From contig NC_058368.1 of the NCBI RefSeq assembly GCF_018350175.1, forward strand, positions 31,932,001 through 31,996,000: a stretch of DNA of 64,000 bases, read 5' to 3'. The notes below the pieces were generated by a model. The model was not told where the DNA came from and did no database searches. It was given only the letters and a program-made list of their open reading frames with translations. The DNA comes from Felis catus (taxonomy: Eukaryota). A program made the translations under genes and the position numbers. Shown here piece after piece: positions 50,851-62,500 of the stretch (within the stretch, counting starts at the first letter, position 1; each line of letters opens with the position of its first letter).

Positions 50851-51689
50851 TAAAAAATATATATTGAGACATACAGAAATGGAAACACAGCACATCATGG
50901 GATGTAGTGTGTTGTGTTTGGATGTGTATAAGATGGCATAAAAGCAGTTCTAAGAGGGAAGTTTATAGTGATAAATGCCAAATTTAGAAAAAAATAAATA
51001 TCTCAAATAAACAACCTAATTTTATACCTCAATAAACTAGGAAAAAACAATCTAAGTTCAAAGTTAGCAGCAGAAAGGAAGTAATGAAAATTATTAAAAA
51101 CATGGCATAGAAAATAGAAAAACAATAGAAAAAAATCAACAAGACTAAGAGATTGGTCTTTTTTTTTTTTGGAAAAGGAATTAACAAAACTTCAGCTATA
51201 AATAAAAAAAAGAATACTCAAACAAAATTATAAATGAAAGAGGAGACATTATGACCAATAGTCCAGAAATAGAAAGGATCGTAACAGGCTACTATGGAAC
51301 AACTATGCCAACAAATTGGATAACCTAGTTGAAATGGATAAATTTCTGGAAACATACAACCTATAAATATTGAATAATGAAGAAAAGAATATCTAAACAG
51401 ACCAACAGGTATGCAGATTGAATTAGTAATCAAAAATCACCCAACAAAGTAAACACAAGGACCAGATGGTTTCACGGGTGAATTCTACCAAACATTTAAG
51501 GGAGCATTAACCTCAGTCCTTCTCAGACTCTTCCAAAATATAAAATAGGAGGTAAAAATTCCAATCTCATTTTATGAGGCCAACATTACTCTGATATCAA
51601 GGCTAGACAAGGACACAAGAAGAAATTACCGGCCAATATCTGTGATGAGCACAGATGTAAAAATCCTAATTGAAATATTAGTAAATGGT

Positions 51690-51921
51690 GGGGCGCCTGG
51701 GTGGCGCAGTCGGTTAAGTGTCCGACTTCAGCCAGGTCACGATCTCGCGGTCCATGAGTTCGAGCCCCGCGTCAGGCTCTGGGCTGATGGCTCAGAGCCT
51801 GGAGCCTGTTTCCGATTCTGTGTCTCCCTCTCTCTCTGCCCCTTCCCCGTTCGTGCTCTGTCTCTCTCTGTCCCAAAAATAAATAAACGTTGAAAAAAAA
51901 AAATTTAAAAAAAAAAAAAAA
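51690..51921 (+). mobile_element. Young SINEC_Fc-type SINE nested in L1 ORF2
   Basis: Perfect 17-bp TSD gaaatattagtaaatgg at 51672-51688 and 51922-51938. Confidence 0.97.
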
Positions 51922-52675
51922 GAAATATTAGTAAATGGAATTTGACAGCATATTAAGAGGATCATATATGATCAAGTGGGATTTATCCCTGGGTGCAGGG
52001 ATGGTCCATAAATGCAAATAAATAAATGTGACAGACCAAATTAACAGAATGAAGGATAAAAATGATAGAATCATCTCAATACATGCAGAAAAAGCTTTTG
52101 AAAAAATTCATTGTCTTTTCATGATAAAGATTCTCAACAAATTAAGTATAGAATTAAGTACTTATTTAAGTAAGTATTAAGTATACAAATTAAGTATATA
52201 AGTAAAGATTCTCAACAAATATAGAAATTACTTCTCAAAAGTATAGAAATTAAGTATAGAAATTAGGTATTATGTTAAGTACCTCAACATAATAAAATTC
52301 CTATATGACAAACTCACAGCTAACATCATACTGAATGGTGAAAAGCTGAATACTTTCCTCTAAGATCAGGAACAAGATGAGGATGCCTATTCTCACTACT
52401 TCTGTTCAACATAGTCCTGGAAATCCTAGTTACAGCAATATGGCAAGAAAAAAATATAAAAGACATCCAAATTGAAGAGGAAGATGTAAAATTATCTAAG
52501 TTTGCAGATCATGTGATATTCTATGCAGAAAACTTGAAAGATTCCGTCAAACTGTTAGAACTAATAAGCCAATTCAGTAAATTTGCAGGATATAAAATGA
52601 ATGTACAAACCTCAGCGGTGTTCAATCTGCTAAAAACATACTATATGAAAGAAAAGTTAAGAAAAAAATTCCTTT

Positions 52676-53606
52676 GACTTCTAAAACTCAACACCCAAGA
52701 AACCAATAATCCAATTAAAATGGGCAGAAGATAAGAATAGATATTTTTCCAAAGAAGACATACAGACAACCAACAGCACATGAAAAGAAGCTCAATATCA
52801 CTCATTCTCAGGGAAATACGAGTCAAAACTACAATGAGATATCACCTCACACACATGTTAGAATGGCTAAAATCAACAACACAAGAAACAACAGCTGTTG
52901 GAGAGGATGTGGAGCAAGGGGAACCCTCCTGCACTGTTGGCGGGAATGCAAACTGCTGCAGCTGCTCTGGGAAACAGTGGGGGGAGGTTCCTCAAAAAAT
53001 TAAAAATAGAACTACCCTGTGACCCAGCAATTGTGCTACTAGATGTTTTTTACAAAGAATACAAAAATACTAACTCAAAGAGATGCACCCATATGTTTAT
53101 AGCAGTTTTATCTACAATAGCCTAATTATTGAAGAAGCCCAAAAGTCTATTGACTGATGAATGGATAAAGAAGAGGTGATACACACACACAAACACACAT
53201 GCACACACAGGAATATTACTAAGCCATAGAAAGAATGAAATCTTACTATTTGCAATGACATTGATGGAGTTATAGAGTATTATGCTAAATGACATAAGTC
53301 AGAGAAAGGCAAACACCATATGATCTCACTCACATGTGGAATTTGAGAAACAAAACAAATGAGCAAAGGGAAAAAAGAAAGAGAAAGGCAAACCAAGAAA
53401 AAGATTCTTAACTTTAGAGAACAGACTGATAGTTACCAGAGGGGAGTTGAGTGGGAGGATGGGTGGTTAAATAGGTGATGGAGATTAAGAAGGGCACTTG
53501 TGATGATCACTAGGTATTGTACATAAGTGTTTGAATCACTAAATTTACATCTGACACTGATATTACACTGAAAGTTAACTCACTGGAATTTAAATAAGAA
53601 CTTTTT
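52676..53606 (+). mobile_element. Younger 5'-truncated carnivore L1 nested in the older L1
   Basis: ORF2 C-terminus (KTTMRYHL..., [11 protein letters not shown]) and carnivore-type 3' UTR ending ctggaatttaaataagaac; host ORF2 resumes at 53607; degenerate TSD aaaaattcctttgac/aaaaagttcatttac. Confidence 0.88.
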
Positions 53607-53697
53607 AAAAAGTTCATTTACAATAGCATCAAAAACAACAAAATACTTAGGAATAAATTTAACCAAGGAAATTGAAGATCTGTACAGTGGAAACTAT

Positions 53698-53900
53698 TTA
53701 ATGTTTATTTATTTTTGAGACAGAGAGAGACAGAGCATGAACGGGAGAGGGTCAGAGAGAGGGAGACACAGAATTGGAAGCAGGCTACAGGCTCTGAGCT
53801 GTCAGCACAGAGCCCGATGCGGGGCTCGAACTCACAGACAGTGAGATCATGACCTGAGCCGAAGTCAGACATATAACCGACTGAGCCACCCAGGCGCCCC
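53698..53900 (-). mobile_element. CAN-SINE (SINEC_Fc-type) nested in L1
   Basis: SINE body; TSD core gaaactattt at 53690-53699 and 53908-53917. Confidence 0.95.
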
Positions 53901-55506
53901 AGCCCTTGAAACTATTTTTAAAAAATGATGAAAAAATTGAAGACACAAAGGGGAAAATATTCTGTGTTTATGGATTGGAAGAATAAGTATGGTTAAAATG
54001 TCCATGCTTCCTAAAGTGATCTGTAGATTCAATGCAATCTCTATCAAAATTGCGGTGATGTTTTTCACAGAAATAGAAAAAAATCCTCAAGTTCATATGG
54101 AACTATACAAGAACCCAAATAATAAAAGCAGTCTTGAGAAAGAACCATGCTGGGGGCATCATGCTGCTTGATTTCAAAATATACCACAAAGCTATAGTTA
54201 CACAAACAGCATAGTAGTGGCACAAAACAGACACATGGAACAATTGGGCAAAATAGAGAGCCCTAACATAAACCCGCATACTTTGATCAATTTATCTTCT
54301 CTAAGGGTGCCAAGAATATGCAACATGATGAAGAAAGTCTCTTCAGCAAATGGTACTGGAAGAACTGTATATCCACATGCAGAAGAATGAAATTGAATAA
54401 TTCACACCATATACAAAAATGAACTCAAAATGAATTAAAGTCTTAAACTTAAGACTTATAACTATAAAACTACTGGAAGAAAACATAGAAAAAAAATCTT
54501 CTTGACATTGGTTTGGGCATGATTGTTTGGATATGATCACAAAACCACAGGCAACAAAAGTAAATATAGACAAATTAGACTGCTTCAGAACAAAAGCTTC
54601 TTCACAGGAAAGAAGCAATCAACAGAGTGAAGATTCAGTTTATGAAATGGGTAAAAATATTTGCAACCATGCATTTGATAATGGGTTAATATCCATAATA
54701 TATAAGGAATTTAACTTAATAGCAAAAAACAAACAAACAATCTGTTTAAAAATGGGGAAAGAACTGAAATGGGAATTTTTCATAAGAAGATATACGTATG
54801 GCCAACAGGTATATGGTAAGTTGGTCTCTACTAATTCTCAACTAATTCTCAAGGGAATACAAATCAAAATCACAATGAGGTATCATCTAACCCTGTCAAA
54901 ATGTATATTATTCAAAGACAAAACACAAATATTGGTGCAGATGTGGAGGAAAGGAACTGTTGTACACTCTTAATGGGAATGTAAATTGGTACAACCATCA
55001 TGCAAAGTAATAGGGGGTTTCTAAAAAATTAAAAAATAAAACTATATGATCCAGCAATCTTACTTATAGGCATATATCCAAAAGAAAGGAATCTATATCT
55101 CAGAGAGATATCTGCACTCCATGTTCATTGTAGTATTGACAATAGTCAACACATGTACACATCCTACAAGTCCACAGGCAGATAGGTAAATGGGTAGATA
55201 AAATGTGATATGCACCTATCATCCAATAGAATATTACTGAGCCTGAAAAAAGAAGGTAATTGAGACAACGTGGATGAACCTAGAAGATAAATTAAGTGAA
55301 ATAAGCCAAACATAAAAAACTCTGCCTCAAGTAGAATGGTGGTTACCAGGGGCTGTGGGATGGGAGAAATGGGGAAATACTGGATGAAGGGTACAACAGT
55401 TTTAGTTATGCAGCATGAATAAATTCTGAGATATAATGTACAGACCAGTAACTATAATGCTGTATTGTATACTTCAAATTTGCTAAAAGAGTAGATCTTA
55501 ATGGTT

Positions 55507-55508
<2 letters not shown>

Positions 55509-55552
<44 letters not shown>
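55509..55552. repeat. (CA)n microsatellite in L1 3' UTR
   Basis: Direct inspection. Confidence 0.97.
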
Positions 55553-55556
<4 letters not shown>

Positions 55557-55774
55557 TAACTGTGAGGTGATGGATATGTTTATTAGCTTGATTGTAATTA
55601 TTTCACAATGTATATCAACACCTTACTTGTATACCTTAAATATATGCCATTCTTATTTGTCAGTTATTCCTCAATAAATCTAGGAATAAAATAATTGAGT
55701 GACTGGCTTGACGATGCTTGCAAACAAGTGGTTCATTTGTCATAATGACATGAGAGAACAATAGCAGTTAAACA

Positions 55775-55885
55775 TTTTTTTAAAGATTTTCTTTTTTTAA
55801 GTAATCTCTACACCCAGTGTGGGGCTTGAACTTACCATCCTGAAATCAGGAGTTGCATGCTGTACTGACTGAGCCAGCCAGGCAC
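55775..55885 (-). mobile_element. Short tRNA-Lys-derived CAN-SINE without CT tract
   Basis: taagtaatctctacacccagtgtggggcttgaact...gcatgctgtactgactgagccagccaggcac. Confidence 0.85.
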
Positions 55886-56372
55886 ATTTTTAAAGGGAAC
55901 AAATTTTGATTATAGACCTAAAGCATATGAAATTTGAGTGGTTTAAAGAGCAAAGCATTCTAGCAACTAAATACCCTGTGTGGACTGTTCTTCAGATAAA
56001 GTGAAACACATAATTTTCCTGTTTTAACTTTAAAATTTTTCCTCTTATAGGACTAGACCTTAGGCAAATTGTAAAATAAATGAAGCTTCCGTTTATTACC
56101 TTCACTGGTTGTAACTCATGGCTGACATAATTCCCCATGGTATTGTGGGAGCTTCCAGTGTGGATCATTTTCCTGGATGGTCTACCTAAACATATGTGAA
56201 TCTTCCGGCATTTATTAGCCCTTCATCCAGGGCAAATACAGTTGTTGTTATAGTCTGTTCCCTAACAGTTGATGAGGGTCTAGACTTTTCAGAACAAATC
56301 TCATAGAATATTTCTACCATTTTTTTACTTAATTGATTTAACTCTTTTTTCCCCCACTGTGAATAAACAAAG

Positions 56373-56765
56373 TGTCAAGTGTGAATTGCCACCCCCCCCC
56401 CCCATTCTTATGTTAAAGTAGTAGCCCCTACTACTTCAGAGTGTCTATATTTGCAGATAGGATTTTCAAAGAGGTTAAGTTAAAACAAGACCATCAGGGT
56501 GGGTCTAATCCAATCTGACTATAAGAAATAAAAACGAAGAGACACTAGGTATGCATGAGGACAGAGGAAAGACTTACGGAAACATGAGGATAAGAGAGAG
56601 AAGGCTGTCCACCAGCCAAGGAGAGCGGCTTCAGAATGAAATCCACCGTGCCAATACTTTGATCTTAGACTTCCAGCTTCAACAACCGGTAAGAAAATTA
56701 GTATTTGTTGTTGAAGCCACCCCGTCTGTGGGATTTTGTTGTGGCAGCCTTAGTAAATTAGCACA
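56373..56765 (+). mobile_element. MaLR solo LTR (MLT1A/B-like)
   Basis: TG...CA ends; agggtgggtctaatccaatctgact, ttgatcttagacttccagc; 5-bp TSD caaag/ccaag. Confidence 0.85.
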
Positions 56766-56889
56766 CCAAGTAATTGCCTAGCTCTACAATTGTTCTTGTG
56801 TTTTTACACTTTGAGTGTTCCAGTGTGTGCTCTGATTTCTTATGTGCTATGCATGTCAAGATTCTCTTGAGGAAGAAAGAATAGAAATG

Positions 56890-57440
56890 GTAAAACTTTA
56901 GTTATCACTCTTTTACTATCTGTGTGACCTTTTGCAATTCTCTTACCCTCTCTGGTGTTTTCAAGTCCTAATCTGTCATATGGGAAAAACAATGTTGGGT
57001 CTGTCTCTTTTTATTACTGCTGTATTTTTTTTGTGACATTTGATTGTAGTTGTTAAGGTTCTTGGTAAAAGTTTTGGCCAAAGTATAAAAATAAAATTCA
57101 AATGGATACACCTTGTCTGCAATGCCCTCTTACCTCTCCAATCAAATACTATTTTCAGAAACCCATTTTAAATCTTACCTCATGTTTTATAACTTTTCCA
57201 AAGGCCCAAAAGTAAATTGATGGTCTCATATTATTTTCTTCTCCTTTGAAAGCATTTTGTTGTTTACTGTCCTTTAACACTTAACTCTGTTGCATTGTAA
57301 TTTATCTCAGCTGACTCTAGCATAGCAGGAATAATACCACACAATATAATTATCAGTGAATTCCTAGTACACTAACACTGTGTCTGGGATATATTAGATG
57401 TTCAATTAAAAAAATGCATAGGTGAATAAATGAAAGTGGA
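56890..57440 (+). mobile_element. MIR relic followed by an L2 3' end
   Basis: tactatctgtgtgacctt...aatctgtcatatggg (MIR); cactgtgtctgggatatattagatgttcaatt...tgaataaatgaa (L2 tail). Confidence 0.55.
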
Positions 57441-57480
57441 TTAATCATATACAACTCTATGATTTGAAATTGGGATTTAT

Positions 57481-57696
57481 GGGGTGCCTGGGTGGCTCAG
57501 TTGGTTAAGTGTCTGACTTCAGCTCAGGTCATGATCTCACGGTTCATGACTTCGAGCCCCATGTTGGGCTCTGTGCTGACAGCTCAGATCCTTTAGATTC
57601 CATGCTTCCCTCTCTCTCTCTGCCTCTCCCCCATTCCTGCTCTGTCTCTCTCTCAAAAACAAATAAACATTAAAAAAATTTTAAATAAAAAAAATA
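57481..57696 (+). mobile_element. CAN-SINE (SINEC, felid type)
   Basis: Perfect 14-bp TSD aaattgggatttat at 57467-57480 and 57697-57710. Confidence 0.96.
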
Positions 57697-58651
57697 AAAT
57701 TGGGATTTATAAGAAGCCATTCAAAAAGACAATGGATATTCATCAGTATGTGGCATTAACACATGCATATTGTTTCAAGATTTTTTCAAAGATTTTTAAA
57801 AAAATAATATTAAGACTCTCGTACAGATATAAAAATGAATGCATATTCAAAACTTTATGTAGCTCATTAATCAGTGAGGGAGACATGCAGATATTAAAAC
57901 CATTTCAAAGACAAATTTTAAGAACAGAAATATTTATAGATCAGGAATATCGAAATGAATGTGCAAATGCAGGCAATATCATTTTTTCCACAAGGAGGGA
58001 TTGTTATGCCTCCACAAGACAGAATTCATTTACATATCTGTATGCTATAATTATTTTGCATCTCTATCAGCCATCTACAACTTCCAGAATTATAAAACAG
58101 CTTCCATATAATCCATGTATGGTTTTCCATTTAGCCACTAATTCTTCCCTACAAAATCAAAGCCACAAAACTTTCAAAGTCTAGCTGAAATTTTCTCTCC
58201 TCGATAGCAAAAGATTGGTGGATGTTAGCTGGAGGAAAATTAAACATCCCTGGCTTTGTTGACAGACAGCTTTTCTATGTATAAGGCATTGGAATAATGA
58301 TTTGAGGAAAATTTGTATGAGGGGATTTTGCAGGTAATGCCAGCAAGGTCAGTGTCAGTTTAGATTAACTATGGCTTGGTATCTGTCAGCCAAATTAGTG
58401 CTGCCTAGAAGGGAAGTTTAACCTGAGCACTCAACTCTTCAGGAAGGTTTTCCTTCATGAATCAGCAATTCTTTCCACCCTCCTTTCTTCTCTGCAAGGT
58501 CAAAAGGGTTATACTATCCCTATAGGCCTACTTTACTTGCCAATTGGTTTATCCCTTCTGTAGCTGACAAGTAACTTGTTGCCCACTGTATTTGACAGAC
58601 TACTGATGAATTATAATTCAGTGGAATTTATAAGGAAGCATAACTTTATAC

Positions 58652-58654
<3 letters not shown>

Positions 58655-58689
<35 letters not shown>
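58655..58689. repeat. (GT)n microsatellite
   Basis: Direct inspection. Confidence 0.97.
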
Positions 58690-58692
<3 letters not shown>

Positions 58693-59084
58693 CATATTAA
58701 GTAAAATTTCAGCATATGTAGGACACAGATCCTTTTTGAATATACCATTTTTATCATACCGAAATGTGTAATGTTTTATTAAAAGAGAATTTAGAATGGA
58801 TCTCAGTTGAATTATAACCTGATCACAGAGCCCATACCTGAAGGATATTATACAGTTGAAAGGAGAAACCTAAGCAGATGAGTGTTTGCATAGTTCTGAC
58901 GGTCTCTCCTTCGATGTTGAGCAAAAGAAGGACATTTAAGAACATCTTTAAAAACTCTACTGTGTTTTAAAGTGTTCGATAAAACCGAAAGCTTTGGATA
59001 TTGTCTGTAAGTAACAGTATGGGAGGGACTACTGAATAAGAATGACCTGAATACCACTTGTAATTTTTGGCTTCTTTCTATACA

Positions 59085-59543
59085 TAAGTGGCAACCATGG
59101 AGGTACATCTCACTTCAAGAGAGAACTTTTTGCAGGGAGTGTGGTAGCTGAGAAGCTCTAGCTGAGGTGCCTTCAGGATCCACTGCAGCGTTATTATAGC
59201 CGAGGCCTTGCTCTTTCAGGGCAACATCAGTCAAACACTGATTGTGTAGCTCTCCTTGGCCTGGCCATCTCCTTCCAACGTGAGACTCCTCTAATGGGGA
59301 ATGTTTGCATTGCATCTCCCCTTTCTGCTCTCTCAGATGTGCTCAAGAGCTGAACAGTTTGAGGTCCTTCCTACCCAATCCACCTTCCTTCCGCCTTTCC
59401 TTTTATATGTGTCAGCCTTGAATAGTGGTCCTTAGGTTTCTGTGCCTAATGCCTGCTCCCTCTCATCTAGATTTTACTGAATAAATATTTTATACTTCCA
59501 ATTTAGTCTTTCCATCTGCTTCCTAGAGGACCCAAGACTATAG
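59085..59543 (+). mobile_element. ERVL solo LTR (LTR16B-like)
   Basis: ccttcaggatccactgcagcgtt...gccgaggcc...ggcctggccat...gactcctctaatggg...aataaa...catctgcttcctagaggaccc. Confidence 0.8.
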
Positions 59544-62500
59544 AGGAGACTATCTATGAATATAAGGTAGTACTCATATCATTACTAAACACGCATACAC
59601 ACACACACACACAAATCTATATTTTTCTACATTTTCATTTAAACTTTTATAAATTCACAAGATATAGATGTGACTATCTTCATTATATATATTGAAATAT
59701 TTTAGGCTCAGTGATACATGAATAACTGTGTCTGTTTTTAAGGCACAGAATATATGACTACATATTTAATATCCTTAATGTAGTCCTTAATATGCTACAT
59801 GTTTTGGAAAATTATAATAGGTTTTATTCAACACAAAGTTTCTTTGCTTTTGAACTGAAAAGGGGAATGTGATTAAATTATGAGTATCATTTTCCATCTG
59901 CTTCTCAATAACAACACATACTTGATTACTGAGCCAGGAGTGGATGAGGGCAAAAGCAAACAGAGAGGAGCCAGACACTTGCACTTGTTTTATGTAAGAA
60001 AGAGCTAAGCCACAGAATGAACAGAGGGAGAGTACAGCCCTTCACAGTCTGGAGGTTATGGATATATAAAGACTTGAATTGTCCTTTCAATTACTCTTTG
60101 TGGTTAGACTTATTTTATTTGACCGCTAGCTAGAGCAGAAACTAGAACATAAGGAGATATCTTGAGAGGACGCTGTTTTAGCCCTTTCCTCTTCCACATT
60201 CATACCCTTCCAGTGAACATGGGAATATGGAAAGTGGAGAAAGTAACCGAAGCATTCACATCCATGCTCAGAAAGATTCTATAGTAAAGTAATTTGTATG
60301 TTTACTACTTCTAGAGTGTTTAATAGCTTAGAAGCTCTAGGAACTGATTATTTTACCTCCTTTTTTTTTTTTTTTTTTGGCCTTGACCTGCATGACTTAA
60401 ATTCTCTTTGCATGTGGCATGTTGAATGAAGACCACTGTATTCTAATTTAAGTGAGAGAAGATTGCCAAATGAATTTTAAAAAAAGTCTTATGAAAGAAT
60501 TGGCTTATAAGGTGTCAACTTTTAATAAAAATTATGAAGGAGGAAGTGGCTTTTCATCAGTTCTCATTCTCCTTTTCCACATCTGTCTTCTTCAGGATTT
60601 TAGGATTTTACTAATTCTTCCCAACCTAATTCACCTGCTGCTATTCTTGTTACCCACAAAGAAGCTTTTCTTTTTGCCTAGAATGTTCTTCCATGTTTTC
60701 TCTATCTAATGAATTTCTACTTATCCTTAGAGACTTATCTTCATGCCCCTCCCTAACACCTCCTTTCTCCTATGGCAGTTTACTTTTATTTTTGCATATG
60801 ATGGTCTTTTCTATTAAACTGAAAATATTCAAGGGCATGCCTTTTTCATCTTGTTTCCCCAATACCTGACATGTAATAGTCAGCAAATGCTCACGTTGGC
60901 ATTTAATTACTTTATAGACTGTCACTATTCTAAATTTCCAACCTAACCATTCAATTATCTGTCATGCAGACTCTGATTCATTCAGACTAGGCCATTTACC
61001 ATGCAAAGTGTATCTGAATATAATTATTTAAATACATAGCCTAGTTCAAAATAATCAATTAACCAAACTGCTTATACTCCTCTCGCTAAGACTACTCTTT
61101 TTCTTCCTTTCCCACATTTTCATATGCTACTGATTTTTTCAATGCTAAAGGGAAGTTTCACCTTCTCCATAAACTTCAGCTTCCTATTCCAGATCATAAT
61201 GATTATGTTTTAATTTTGACCTCACAGTCTTTGTTGTTTATATCATTCATTGGCACTAGGGCTTATTTTTACCATGCTTTGTATTTGTCTTGTGGTGATG
61301 TTGGTCTTAATAATAACATATTTTTGATTTGTGTGTTTGTGTGTGCGTGTATGATGTAACTAAATTGTATACTGCAAACCAGGAAGATACATAAAAAAAT
61401 TGTGTTCAAGTATGCTGACTTAATACAAGGGTAGATGGTTGTTAGGGGATCTATAAGAGAAGGACAGTTGTTCTTTGTGAGGAAACTCAACAGGCCAACT
61501 AACAGTGGAGGGAGAAGCATGAAGAGGAAATTTGGGCTTTAGCAGGGCGGAATGGCTAGCCAAGGGGGCATGAGGGAGCAAAACCCAAGCCAGTAGCATG
61601 AGTTCTCTTGCCATTGAAAATGTTTCTTTTGTGGAAAGTTGACAGGGATGGCCAACAATAGCATTGATGTTAAGAGAGATGTGTTCTGCCTTGCCACTTG
61701 GATTCTGCAGGTAGCAGGCCAGCATGCGACTGCAGTTAATAATTTTTTTAACCAATACAGTGGCAAGCACACCAATTAAGTTTAGTGCAACCCAGGCAAC
61801 TCTACAATGATGAAGTGTTAAGTCATATGAGAACATGGAGGACATGGCATTATGGGTCCAATCACAAGAAGTAATTTTTGTTTAAATATCTTGTGCATAC
61901 ACAGACTAATATCACCTAAGAAAATGCTTGAAAATATTTCAAAACGTTTGAAAGACTTATCTAACTTAAATTTATTTTCTATTAAGGATATAAGCATTCC
62001 CTGACTATATCATAAGCTATATTGTTGTTTGTTGTTGTTCTTGTTTTGGTGAGTATGTAGTGGAGAAATAAAGACCAGAGATTTTGGGCCGTTTGTTGTT
62101 GTGGTTTGCCCCAGCTCTATTACTATCTAATGATGTGACTTTGGATAATTAAAAAACAAAAGTGATTATAAATGCTGTCTGTATCTCTTTGGAATATTTT
62201 GAGTATAATGAGACCATTAATACAGAATACTTTGAAACACATACAAATTATAAGGATCCTAAAACTTTCTGTTTCTCACAAGAATTAGTATGGTCTCATT
62301 CATATAATAGGTGCTGAGGCAAAGATTGTTGAATAATGGGCAAGAGAAAGGAAAAAGTTATAACCAAACGATACATAATTGACTACTTGAGGTAACTAGG
62401 AATGGTCATCATTAGTATGGAGTCCAGAGTCTAGATAGTTTTTGAGATACTGAAATGATATTATATTACTTCCCTAAGTAGCTAACCATCTAAGAACCGG

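Larger units (their letters stand above)
50404..55690 (+). mobile_element. L1MA9-like LINE-1: 5' UTR start joined to decayed ORF2 and 3' UTR; hosts nested insertions
   Basis: ORF2 remnants ([21 protein letters not shown] at 53989; ggaccagatggtttcacgggtgaattctaccaaacatttaag; tttgcagatcat at the RT FADD position); 3' UTR ...aatttgctaaaagagtagatctt...tcaataaa; many stops and frameshifts. Confidence 0.9.

Noticed and set aside
52780..54973. ORFs with L1 ORF2p similarity
   Set aside because: Fragments of dead L1s with many stops and frameshifts; not functional CDS
55800..55885. tRNA-Lys-like sequence as a tRNA gene
   Set aside because: Diverged SINE head with an A-rich tail; not an intact tRNA
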